A stretch of DNA of 64,000 nt from Desulfosudaceae bacterium (GTDB lineage: Bacteria > Desulfobacterota > Desulfobacteria > Desulfobacterales > Desulfosudaceae): positions 832,001 to 896,000 of the forward strand of contig CAXXDV010000003.1 of assembly GCA_963674745.2 (NCBI GenBank), given 5' to 3'. Shown piece after piece: positions 48,244 to 57,510 of this stretch. Position numbers and translations under genes: made by a program. Below the pieces are notes generated by a model that searched no databases, was not told the origin of the DNA, and saw only the letters and a program-made list of their open reading frames with translations. Numbering within the stretch: the stretch's first letter is position 1; every line of letters begins with the position of its first letter.

Positions 48244-49485
48244 TTATCCGTTATCAGGCTCTCCCGGGGAGTGTTTTTTCTGCTGAACCTTTTCATTGGC
48301 CTGTTTTAAGGTTTTGCTGAGCACATCGATATCCACCGGTTTCTGCAGATAGGCAAAGGCGCCCAGTTCCATGCATACCTTGCGGTCGGCTTCGGAACCG
48401 TGCCCGGTAAGAATAATAATTTCAATATCCGGCCGGGTGGATTTTACCTGGCGCAGCACTTCGATACCGTCGATACCGGGCATTTTCAGGTCCAGGATCA
48501 TGACCTCCGGTTCTTCTTCGGCCACCATGTTCAGCGCCGACTCTCCGTCGTAAGCCACGGCCGACCCCATATCCCGCATGATCAGCCGTTCCGAGAGGGT
48601 CTGCACAAATTCCCGCTCGTCGTCCACCAGCAATACCCTGGAGGGCATCTGGAAATCATATTTTCGATAGATGTCGGTCTGATAGAAGTCCTCTCCCACT
48701 TTCGTTTCTACATCCTTGACACCCTCAACTTTCTGCACCAGGCCTTTTAATTCCTCTTCCAGGCGGGCAAGCATCAGTACATGTTTGTTGATGGTGATGA
48801 ACACTTTACCGTCCTTGGCTTTGGTGGTCACATTGTGACCGGCCCGGGCCAGAAGTTCTCCCGCCCTGGCAGCCAGTTGAAAATCAGCAACTGCCTGGCG
48901 GGATCGATCGGTCGGTTGTACCACATCCGTCGCCAGGTGCTGGGTGATCAAATCGACCGTTTTTTCCGCGTCGGTTTTGTCTGTAGGCACCACCATGTCA
49001 TACAGTTCCGGTGCCCATGGATCGTCCTTATTTTTTACAGCCTTTACCCAGGCCGCGGCCTGTTCCGTATGCTTGCGAACCAGTGCTGTGGCATCTTTTT
49101 CACTTATGTTTTTCTGCTGCTGCGCCATCTCCACCCTGAATTTGGCATCTGCCACCAGACACACACGCAGCACATGGGTGATATCAGTCGGCAGCAGGAG
49201 ACTGGTAAATCCGGATATGATCTGGTTTTCCGCGTCAAGTTGATTGGCCAGGGCCAGGCGCAGGTAAGCAATGGCCCGTTCTTTTTCATGGGTAAAGGGG
49301 TTGAATACCGAAGCCTTGGCGGCAAAGGCGGCTTCAATTTTTTTGGGGCTGAGGCCGGAAAGCCGGGCCGCTTCGGCAACCAGCGAGTCGTCGGAGACCA
49401 GCTTCTGCCCGGTCTTGTTCCGGCAGCCGTCAATAATAGCTTCGGCGTTGCAGAAAGCCCCACTGAAAAATGCAAGTATCGTCAT
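48244..49485 (-). CDS. Cytidylate kinase-like domain fused to a C-terminal receiver domain
   Basis: FTHEKER, DPWAPELYD shared with the 42708 protein; VLLVDDE, LDLKMP, KP; SD aaagga before ATG 49485. Confidence 0.85.
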   Translation of the reverse strand: MTILAFFSGAFCNAEAIIDGCRNKTGQKLVSDDSLVAEAARLSGLSPKKIEAAFAAKASVFNPFTHEKERAIAYLRLALANQLDAENQIISGFTSLLLPTDITHVLRVCLVADAKFRVEMAQQQKNISEKDATALVRKHTEQAAAWVKAVKNKDDPWAPELYDMVVPTDKTDAEKTVDLITQHLATDVVQPTDRSRQAVADFQLAARAGELLARAGHNVTTKAKDGKVFITINKHVLMLARLEEELKGLVQKVEGVKDVETKVGEDFYQTDIYRKYDFQMPSRVLLVDDEREFVQTLSERLIMRDMGSAVAYDGESALNMVAEEEPEVMILDLKMPGIDGIEVLRQVKSTRPDIEIIILTGHGSEADRKVCMELGAFAYLQKPVDIDVLSKTLKQANEKVQQKKHSPGEPDNG

Positions 49486-49511
49486 GGCTGAATCCTTTAT
49501 ATAATTTGTTG

Positions 49512-51626
49512 TTATGAAATACGGCACACCGTCATCAGTGGGCAGTCAGGCTCATCTGATGCATGATGGGCATCGGCATGGATTGAGCATACCGCTTTTT
49601 CCATTGTCGGATAAATGTTTTCTTCTCCGATCTTGGCCAGCAGGTGAGTGCGTTCCATCACCTTCATGACCGACTCGTTTATGCCGCTGAAGGAAATTTT
49701 TACACCCGCACTGCGAACATTGTCAATAAGAAGCGAGAGTGTTTCTTCTCCGGAAGCGTCGATATCATTAATGGCGTTGGCCGCGATAACGATATGGCGT
49801 AAGTCACTGCGGTTCATCATGCGGTCGTTGATTTTGTCTTCCAGGTAGCTGGCATTGGCAAAAAACAACGGCCCGTCGAACCGGACCAGGTCGATGTATT
49901 TACATTTTTGCAGGCCGTGGACCATGGCGGCCCGAAAGGCGTCGTCCTCTTTCCGTGAGAGTGAGGCCACCGTGGGGCGCATGCTTTTATATAAAAAGAC
50001 ACCCAGGGAAAGCACCACACCGACCATGATGCCCCGATCCAGGTGGGGCGCGAAGGCCAGGGTGCAGATAAAGGAAAGAATGGAGATGGCGCCGTCATAC
50101 CACTGGGCTTTCCAGGCATGAATAAAACCGCTGACATTGATCAGCCCGATGACCGCCATCATGATGACCGCAGCCAGAACCGCCTGGGGCAGGTTATAGA
50201 GCAGGGGGGTAAAGAAAAGCAGAACGATAAGCACCGCCAGGGAGGTAAAGGCGCTGGACAGGCCGGTAACCGCACCGGCCTGGAGATTGACCGCCGAACG
50301 GGAGAAAGAACCGGAAACCGGGTAGCTTTTGCCGGCAGCGCCGATCATGTTGGCCAGCCCCTGACCGATAAGTTCCTGGTTGGGGTCCAGCCGTTGGCCG
50401 GTCTTGGCGGCCATGGCCTTGGCAATGGAAATGGCTTCCATAAAACCAAGTAGAGAAATAATGGCCGCGTAGGGAAACAGGTGAAGCATGATTTTCATGT
50501 TGAGTTCCGGCATAGACATGGCCGGTATACCCTTGGGCACTACGCCGACCACCGCGCCGCCGCCGATCATTTTCATTTCTTCCGGGTTGACCGGCGCTTC
50601 ACGAACTTTGAGGCGCCAGATGTGGGCATCCAGGTTTTTTGCCGCCGGGTCGTCTTTCAGGTAAAAGGTCTTTTCTTCCTCATCGGCGACAAAAAGCATG
50701 GACCGCAGTTCCGCGCGATAAACATGTGCTTTTTCCTTGAGGGTGTTGATTTTATAATTGGCAACCCGCAGGCCATGCTCGGCATCCATCAGGGCCAGGT
50801 CGTCATGAGCCTCTTTGGCCTCGTCCATCGCTTTCATGATGGCGGTACGTTCTTCCACAAGGGATTTAATTTGAGTGATCCGGCTGTTGTAGTCCGTAAC
50901 CGTCTGATGCACGGCCGGTGCCTGAATGGCTTTCATGGATACGGTGGTGTTGTGTTCAAAACCTATTGCCCAGGACAGGATGGTGGTCACGGCCACGGCC
51001 ACCAGTACATTGGGTATGCGGGGGTTGATGCGTTTGAGTATTACCATAATGGCAAAGGCCAGTAATCCCATGAAAAGGGTAAACCAGTGAGTATAATGGA
51101 AAGCCGCCTCGACGACCCGGATAATCGTTTCATAATGGTGGGCCGCCTTATCCACATCCACCCCGAACATTTTGGAGAGCTGGGAAGAAGCGATGATAAT
51201 AGCGGCGGCATTGGTAAAACCGTTGACCACCGGATGAGACAGAAAATTGACGACCAGGCCCAGCCGCAGCACACCCAGGGAAAACTGGAACACCCCCACC
51301 ATCAGGGCCAGCATGATGGCATAGGCAATATACCCTTCACTGCCGGCGGTTGCCAGTGGTTCAAGCGAAGCTGACGTCATCAGTGATACCACCGCAACCG
51401 GGCCGGTGGCCAGCTGGCGACTGGAACCGAACAGGGCCGCGATCAGGGGCGGGAGAAAAGAAGCATATAGACCGTAATAAGAAGGCATCCCCGCCAACTG
51501 GGCATAGGCCATGGATTGGGGAATCAATACCAGGGCCACCGTCAGGCCGGAAATCCCGTCCGCTTTGAACTTGTCCAGATTGTAGCCGCGCAACCAGCTC
51601 AGAAATGGAAAAATTACATTGATCAT
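49512..51626 (-). CDS. SulP/SLC26 anion transporter with STAS domain
   Basis: PQSMAYAQLAG, YGLY, GSSRQLATGP, NQELIGQG, SFSRSAVN, GPLFFANA. Confidence 0.93.
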   Translation of the reverse strand: MINVIFPFLSWLRGYNLDKFKADGISGLTVALVLIPQSMAYAQLAGMPSYYGLYASFLPPLIAALFGSSRQLATGPVAVVSLMTSASLEPLATAGSEGYIAYAIMLALMVGVFQFSLGVLRLGLVVNFLSHPVVNGFTNAAAIIIASSQLSKMFGVDVDKAAHHYETIIRVVEAAFHYTHWFTLFMGLLAFAIMVILKRINPRIPNVLVAVAVTTILSWAIGFEHNTTVSMKAIQAPAVHQTVTDYNSRITQIKSLVEERTAIMKAMDEAKEAHDDLALMDAEHGLRVANYKINTLKEKAHVYRAELRSMLFVADEEEKTFYLKDDPAAKNLDAHIWRLKVREAPVNPEEMKMIGGGAVVGVVPKGIPAMSMPELNMKIMLHLFPYAAIISLLGFMEAISIAKAMAAKTGQRLDPNQELIGQGLANMIGAAGKSYPVSGSFSRSAVNLQAGAVTGLSSAFTSLAVLIVLLFFTPLLYNLPQAVLAAVIMMAVIGLINVSGFIHAWKAQWYDGAISILSFICTLAFAPHLDRGIMVGVVLSLGVFLYKSMRPTVASLSRKEDDAFRAAMVHGLQKCKYIDLVRFDGPLFFANASYLEDKINDRMMNRSDLRHIVIAANAINDIDASGEETLSLLIDNVRSAGVKISFSGINESVMKVMERTHLLAKIGEENIYPTMEKAVCSIHADAHHASDEPDCPLMTVCRIS

Positions 51627-51658
51627 AAACGTTACCTTATCCTTTTTATTTAAATTTT

Positions 51659-52234
51659 TTATTTGACCATGCGACCAACCAGGCCCATCAGCTCGTTGTA
51701 CAAGGCGCCTGCGTCATACAGGTTACAATTCTTGAAGCGGACAATGCCATCCACCGTAGAAAGAATGACCAGGGCGGTTTTACGGGGAGAGATATCGCCC
51801 ACCGATCCGTCTTTCTGACCCCTGACAAGGGCATTTTCAAATATATCTACAAAGCAGTTGTAAATGGCTTCCAACAGCGTTCGGCAGAAATCGTTTTTTT
51901 CGGCCAGTTTGTAAGGATAATAGCGGTGTAGCAACAGAAACCAGGGTTGTCGGGTGCCGGCCAGGTAAAGGTAAAAAGCAACCGACGCCTCCAGCCGCTC
52001 GGCGCCGTTGGAAAATGTTTTTTCACTGAAATAATGGGAGAATTCTTCCAGAATACCGTTTTTAACATTGTTTAAAACCGACAGGAACAGGTCTTCCTTG
52101 GTCTTGAAATGATAAAATATGGTAGCACTGGCCACCCCGCTTCTTTTAGCGACTTCCACCATTGAAGTCTCTTTAAAGCCCTTGTTTGCAAATAAAAAAG
52201 TAGCAATTTCAAGTATTTCATCTTTTTTTGACAT
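51659..52234 (-). CDS. TetR/AcrR family regulator
   Basis: KGFKETSMVEVAKRSGVASATIFYHFKTKEDL. Confidence 0.92.
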   Translation of the reverse strand: MSKKDEILEIATFLFANKGFKETSMVEVAKRSGVASATIFYHFKTKEDLFLSVLNNVKNGILEEFSHYFSEKTFSNGAERLEASVAFYLYLAGTRQPWFLLLHRYYPYKLAEKNDFCRTLLEAIYNCFVDIFENALVRGQKDGSVGDISPRKTALVILSTVDGIVRFKNCNLYDAGALYNELMGLVGRMVK

Positions 52235-52262
52235 AACCGGCCTTCATTTAAGTGCGTGCTAA

Positions 52263-52324
52263 CTGATAAGTCAGTCAGGCTGACTGTCTAGTCAGTTGTA
52301 TTTCGTTGCAGGTGGCCTTGTCAA
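52263..52324 (-). promoter_or_regulatory. Sigma70-like promoter with tandem palindromic operators
   Basis: TTGACA (52324-52319), 18 nt, TACAAC (52300-52295); ctgact-N4-agtcag (52280-52295) and ctgata-N4-agtcag (52263-52278). Confidence 0.6.
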
Positions 52325-52336
52325 GATTTTTTTTTG

Positions 52337-52519
52337 GGTTTTAAAGTTTTAGAGTATTAGGAGATTAAGTGACTATGTGTTTAAGTGGTTATGTGATTAT
52401 GGGTTTTTAGATCTTGGTAATATATGGCTTTGTAGGGGCGACCGGCGGGTCGCCCTTTTTCGTGTTTATATGATTGCCCTTGTTACTGAAGGCCTGTAGG
52501 GGCACGGCGTGCCGTGCCC
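52337..52519 (+). repeat. Tandem arrays plus two GTAG REP-like palindromes
   Basis: gttttaaag and aagtggtt/atgtgatt units; REPs at 52432-52456 and 52496-52519 identical to the 40016 and 39845 copies. Confidence 0.75.
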
Positions 52520-52730
52520 AATAAGGCGTGCCGTTCCCGATTGTGAATCACGTCCGTTCAGGGTCGTTTCTGTGGGTTCCCTTTGATCGGGCGGCCACAG
52601 AGAACCGCCTTTACAACATTCGCCGCCGGCCCTCAATACAATAAAAAAGTTTTTGGCTATTAGTCGTTTGATTGAGATTTTTACTCATGTTATGTTAATC
52701 TGATATTTTAACCGAATAGACGGAGTGCTT

Positions 52731-53297
52731 ATGAATTACGATGTTAAAGACTTGATGGTGCCGATTTCGGAGTATGCCACGGTTTCTATTGGAACCACCC
52801 TGTTTGAAGCCGTTCTGGCCCTCGAAGAAGCCCAGTTGAATTTCGATCGTTCCAAGTATCATCATCGGGCGATCCTGGTGATGGATGAAAACAACCAGGT
52901 TGTCGGTAAGCTGAGTCAGTTGAATGTTTTGCAAGCCCTTGGCGGTGAAACGGACAGCCAGCAGGTCGATAAAGTCAGCCGGCTGGGTGACTTCGGGTTC
53001 AGCCCCCAGTTTGTCAGCAGCATGGAAGCCCGGCAACGTTTTGCCGGCCGGTCTTTTAAAGACATTTGTGCCGCCCCGGCCAACTTGAAGGTGGAAAATT
53101 TCATGAAAGCCACCTCTGCCGGTGAGTACGTGGATGAAAACACCCCTCTTGAAACGGTGATCCCCCAGTTTATTTCCGGCCACCATCTGTCATTGCTGGT
53201 TACCCGGAAAGATGGTGAAATCATCGGCATATTACGGTTGTCTGATGTATTCGCTGCTGTATTTCATATGATGGAAGAAGGGCAGAAGAATCAATAA
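52731..53297 (+). CDS. CBS domain protein
   Basis: VKDLMVP, ILVMDE..VVGKLS, LLV..GEIIGILRLSDVF. Confidence 0.85.
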   Translation: MNYDVKDLMVPISEYATVSIGTTLFEAVLALEEAQLNFDRSKYHHRAILVMDENNQVVGKLSQLNVLQALGGETDSQQVDKVSRLGDFGFSPQFVSSMEARQRFAGRSFKDICAAPANLKVENFMKATSAGEYVDENTPLETVIPQFISGHHLSLLVTRKDGEIIGILRLSDVFAAVFHMMEEGQKNQ

Positions 53298-53328
53298 TTA
53301 ATATTTCATGGAGCACGGGATATATCCA

Positions 53329-54750
53329 ATGCAAGAACTGGAAAAGCTATTAGACAGAATCATACAACGCGCCAACATCAACCTGCGGGAAATCCCCTAC
53401 GATGCGACGCCGGTGATCAAAGGCCTGGTGCCTTTGAGTAAAATGGAAAAATTTTACGCTTTTTACGGTATTTCCAATTATCATCCGCTGGATCTGCAAT
53501 TCCGGCACTCGAACCTGGCCGGCAGTTATTTTCTGGGAAAATGCCGGGTCAGCAATTCTATTTTATACAAGAGCGACATCCGGGGCGATGAGCTTAAAAA
53601 AAAGGGAGACGTGTTTAAATTTCAAAATTTTGAAATCCCGATGACCCGCGATGAAGGGTTTGATATTGAAGACAGCTTTCTGATCAAAACACTGGTTCAT
53701 AATTTTTCTCATGACCCGGAAACCCTGGAGCGGTTTTTCATCAAAGACACGCTCTCCACGCATTATGCCAATATTCACGGCGCGCCCAGTGACGGTTGTT
53801 TTCTGGGCCCGTTTGCCACGGTTGACCTGACGACCATGCGGGATTGTATCATCGGCGCTTTTTCTTATGTCCAGGCAGGGGAAATCGGGCATATGAATAT
53901 CCAGCCCGGAACCGTATGGGTCCGCAGCCCCGGTGTGTTTAATTTTCTGTATCGATATGACCTTGACCGGCTCGGTGATTATATCACCTTTGAACCCGGC
54001 TCGATCCCCAAGGGCGTATTCATGGAAGTCGCTGAAGCCTGTAAGGAAGATTTTCAGGGCATTTATGACCGTGTCCATCTGGAACATCCCATATCCGTTC
54101 CGGACAGCACCTCGGTGGATCGCTATGCCGTGATCAAGCCGAAAACCCATATTGATGAAAATGTTCTGGTGGCCCAGCGGGCCTTTGTCCAGAATTCCTG
54201 GTTGGGCAAAGGGGCCAATGCCCAGGAAAACTGCTATATCATCAATTCCCGATTGACCGGCAACAACGTTACCGCCCATGGCGCCAAAATTCTGGACGCG
54301 GAACTGGGACAGCAGGTATTTGTGGGATTTAACAGCTTTGTCAACGGCCGGCCGGAAACCAAATTGCAGATCGGTGAAAAAAGCATTATCATGCCCCACA
54401 CCATCATTGACAGCCCCGAACCCTTGATCATTCCCCCCGGTCACCTTGTCTGGGGGCTGATAACAAAACCCGCAGATATCCTCACCAACAGCATCGCCCT
54501 GTCAGAACTGGCAGCCGTTAAAGACAAGCTGACCATCGGCGACATGTTTTTTGAAGGCAGCGGCGCCGCCTTTGTCGAAGCTTTCGAACACCGGATTGAC
54601 CATATTCTGGAAGCCAATGGCGCTTTTTTCGACGGTACCCGCAACCGGGGGCACGCCCAGTTCAATCAGAATATTTCGTTCAACACGCTGCAACCGTACT
54701 CGGAAGGTGAATTAAAAGGCCTGTATCCGACCATCATGATCAAGCCCTGA
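53329..54750 (+). CDS. Left-handed beta-helix (hexapeptide repeat) protein, transferase/gamma-carbonic-anhydrase-like (alternative start 53308)
   Basis: Hexapeptide repeats (IDENVLV, LGKGANA, LGQQVFVG, IGEKSIIMP); ANIHG and TAHGA. Confidence 0.7.
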   Translation: MQELEKLLDRIIQRANINLREIPYDATPVIKGLVPLSKMEKFYAFYGISNYHPLDLQFRHSNLAGSYFLGKCRVSNSILYKSDIRGDELKKKGDVFKFQNFEIPMTRDEGFDIEDSFLIKTLVHNFSHDPETLERFFIKDTLSTHYANIHGAPSDGCFLGPFATVDLTTMRDCIIGAFSYVQAGEIGHMNIQPGTVWVRSPGVFNFLYRYDLDRLGDYITFEPGSIPKGVFMEVAEACKEDFQGIYDRVHLEHPISVPDSTSVDRYAVIKPKTHIDENVLVAQRAFVQNSWLGKGANAQENCYIINSRLTGNNVTAHGAKILDAELGQQVFVGFNSFVNGRPETKLQIGEKSIIMPHTIIDSPEPLIIPPGHLVWGLITKPADILTNSIALSELAAVKDKLTIGDMFFEGSGAAFVEAFEHRIDHILEANGAFFDGTRNRGHAQFNQNISFNTLQPYSEGELKGLYPTIMIKP

Positions 54751-54872
54751 TAGAGCGTCTTTAATAACGTATTATGGCTTGAGTTTTGGGCCTGAAAGGG
54801 GTATAATGAAAGATATTTTCGGGTTCGGTTGTAAAATAGAGCGACTAACACTTTTTGCAGGAGGCGGTTATA

Positions 54873-55787
54873 ATGGAGTTAACAGATCTTCAACTGATGA
54901 CGATCGCACCGTTTATTGATGAAACAATTAAAAAGCTGGACAACATGTGCGGCCTGGAAGCCTACGCCGGCGACCCTTTCCTGGATGAGGTCGTAAATTT
55001 TCGGTTCAAAGGTTATGCTGTTGCTTCGGAAACAAGAGGTAAAATCAACGGCGTTATCCTTTTACACAATTATATCGAAACAGCCCTGACGATCGGCAAC
55101 CGGTTGCGGATGCGGTTGCTGGAAGAAACGCATCAACACGACAAAATCGATGAAGACATGCAGAGCGCGCTGGCCGAGTGGGGCAACACCATCATCGGAA
55201 ACGCCACCGACTTTCTGACGGACAAAAACCTGGGGATTAAATTTAACCCGCCTTATTTTATTACCAATACCGGGAATATGGATCCTCTGTTGAGCAACGC
55301 CAAGGAAATTATTTCCATCCCCATTCATATCAAGGATGAGGGCCGATTCTATTTTAATTACATTATTAGTACGGGCGAAGCGTCTGCCGGCACCCAAAAA
55401 GGTGGTATCCCCAGAACAGGCAAGGTGCTGGTGGTGGATGACTCCAATTTTATCCGGATGGTTGTCAAAAAGTACTTGAGAAAGATCGGTTACGAGAATA
55501 CGGTTGAAGCTTCCAACGGCAGGGAAGCCATCGAAATGTACAAGAAAGAAAGACCGGATATCATTCTTATGGACTATGTCATGCCGCAGATGACGGGGTA
55601 TGAAGCCCTGCAGCAGATACGTCTGCAGGATAAGAATATTCCGGTGGTCATGTTTACTTCCGTGTCCGATTCGAATGTTGTGGCGGAATGTAAGGCCCTG
55701 GGTATTTCCGGTTATATCATCAAGCCTCTGACCGCAGAGGAAGGGCCGGAAAAGCTTAAGGCTTTTATGGATAACCCCCACGGCTAA
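54873..55787 (+). CDS. CheX-like phosphatase domain fused to a receiver domain
   Basis: EWGNTIIGN (ExxN); VLVVDDS, MDYVMP, KP; SD ggagg. Confidence 0.8.
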   Translation: MELTDLQLMTIAPFIDETIKKLDNMCGLEAYAGDPFLDEVVNFRFKGYAVASETRGKINGVILLHNYIETALTIGNRLRMRLLEETHQHDKIDEDMQSALAEWGNTIIGNATDFLTDKNLGIKFNPPYFITNTGNMDPLLSNAKEIISIPIHIKDEGRFYFNYIISTGEASAGTQKGGIPRTGKVLVVDDSNFIRMVVKKYLRKIGYENTVEASNGREAIEMYKKERPDIILMDYVMPQMTGYEALQQIRLQDKNIPVVMFTSVSDSNVVAECKALGISGYIIKPLTAEEGPEKLKAFMDNPHG

Positions 55788-55810
55788 CCGGTATTGTAAT
55801 TAATTATAAT

Positions 55811-55846
55811 AAAGCGCTCAGCAGAAAATCGTTGGGCGCTTTTTTT
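55811..55846 (+). terminator. Intrinsic terminator
   Basis: aaagcgctcagc/gttgggcgcttt stem followed by a T run. Confidence 0.7.
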
Positions 55847-55992
55847 ATGGGGCGGGGTCACTGTTTCTGTACTTTACCGGATGGATATGGTTGATTTGAT
55901 TTTATATCCAGCGTGCCGGAAAAAACAAATAAACGGTTGTAATAATATAAAAATGTTTACAACAGATTGAAAATATAGCAAACTTTTTTATT

Positions 55993-57510
55993 ATGGGTAC
56001 TTACCGTTTTATCGGACTGGTTTTAGTGTTATCGCTTGTAGCCGGTTGTGGCTTTAACGTTCGGTATTCAGCCGATGAGATCCGTGCCGAACATTCCAGC
56101 CCAACCATTACCTCGATTCCATCCATTAACGAAGATCAAGCAATCGTTGGAAACGGTCATGAGACGTTGGCCCATGCTTCGATTCCAGTTGATTTTGACT
56201 GGGGAAGCGAACTGACGTTATCCCGGGTAATCGATATATCGCTTGCCAACAATCCCGATCTGCAGCAGACGGTTTATCGTATCTCACAGGCCAGGGCGAT
56301 GAAGGCGCTTTCCGATACGGCCTTCTGGCCGATGGTTAATGTTTATACGGAATATATCCAGGGAAACGCCCCTTCCGCCTATTTGTTCAAGACAATTGAT
56401 CAACGTCAGCTTCCGCCCGATACCAATTTCAATGATCCGGGCTGGTTCGAAAATTATGAAAGCGGCCTCGGTCTCCGTTTGAACCTGTTCAACGGCGGCC
56501 GGGACTACCTGAGGTATCACATGTCCCGGCAGGATGTGGATATTTCGGAACTGGACCGGCGGGCGGTCCAGAACGACCTGACGGCCCAGGTGATTGCGGC
56601 CTTTTACGATGTCCTGGCGGCCAGGAAATTTGCAGGCATTGCGGAAACATCGGTGGCGACTGCTTCCGAACAGTTGCGCATTATACAGGTTCAATATGAG
56701 GGCGGCGGCGCCTTGAAATCAGATGTTTTGACCTTGAAGGTCCGTCTGGCCCAGGCGGAAGAAGGCCTGGTTGAAAGCCGTAACCGCTATAAGCTGGCCC
56801 AGGCGGCCCTGATCCATCTGATGGGGGCCGATCCCGCCGAAAAAGAAACGGACCTGAAACTGGTCGAAGCCGAAGCCCTGGTCGCCGAGTCGGTGCCGGC
56901 CACATATGAAGATGCCATTGCCTATGCCCTGGTCCATCGCCCTGAGCTGGAAAAAGCCCGAAAAACGCTGATCAAATCCCAAATGGGACTTGATGCTTCC
57001 AAAGCCGCCTACCTGCCCCGAATCGATTTGATGGGGAAATATTATGTTGATGACCCCCATCTGGAATATGACCGTGACCGTGAAAACTGGACCGCGGCCA
57101 TCTTCTTCAACTGGGATCTGTTTGCCGGGTTTTCTACTCAGGATCGGATAAAACAGGCCGACGCTGTTTTAAAGGAAATGCTGGCTGCCGATCGAAAGGC
57201 CACCCTGGGTGTCAAGCTGGACGTCAAAAACGCTTTTCTGAACCTGGAAGCGGCCCGGTCCCGGTACGAAGTGGCCGCCGCCAGCGTTGAAAACGCCGAA
57301 GAATCATTCCGCCTGGTAAAAGAGTACTACAGGGGCGGCGCGGTAACCATCACCCGTTATCTGTCGGCCGAACTGGACCGCAACCGGGCACGATTTCATT
57401 CGACCGCGGCTTTTTACGATAAGATCAAAGCCACCGCCGAACTGGCCCGTGCCGTCGGCAAGCTGGCAAAAGACGAACCGAAAAACACGAAAAAAACGGT
57501 AAGCCCATGA
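55993..57510 (+). CDS. TolC family outer-membrane efflux lipoprotein
   Basis: Lipobox VAGC; ANNPDL, HRPEL, YLPRIDL; two OEP repeats. Confidence 0.9.
   Translation: MGTYRFIGLVLVLSLVAGCGFNVRYSADEIRAEHSSPTITSIPSINEDQAIVGNGHETLAHASIPVDFDWGSELTLSRVIDISLANNPDLQQTVYRISQARAMKALSDTAFWPMVNVYTEYIQGNAPSAYLFKTIDQRQLPPDTNFNDPGWFENYESGLGLRLNLFNGGRDYLRYHMSRQDVDISELDRRAVQNDLTAQVIAAFYDVLAARKFAGIAETSVATASEQLRIIQVQYEGGGALKSDVLTLKVRLAQAEEGLVESRNRYKLAQAALIHLMGADPAEKETDLKLVEAEALVAESVPATYEDAIAYALVHRPELEKARKTLIKSQMGLDASKAAYLPRIDLMGKYYVDDPHLEYDRDRENWTAAIFFNWDLFAGFSTQDRIKQADAVLKEMLAADRKATLGVKLDVKNAFLNLEAARSRYEVAAASVENAEESFRLVKEYYRGGAVTITRYLSAELDRNRARFHSTAAFYDKIKATAELARAVGKLAKDEPKNTKKTVSP

Noticed and set aside
55936..55963. 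Inverted repeat gttgtaa-N14-ttacaac upstream of tolC as an operator
   Set aside because: Only 7-bp arms in AT-rich DNA; too weak to call
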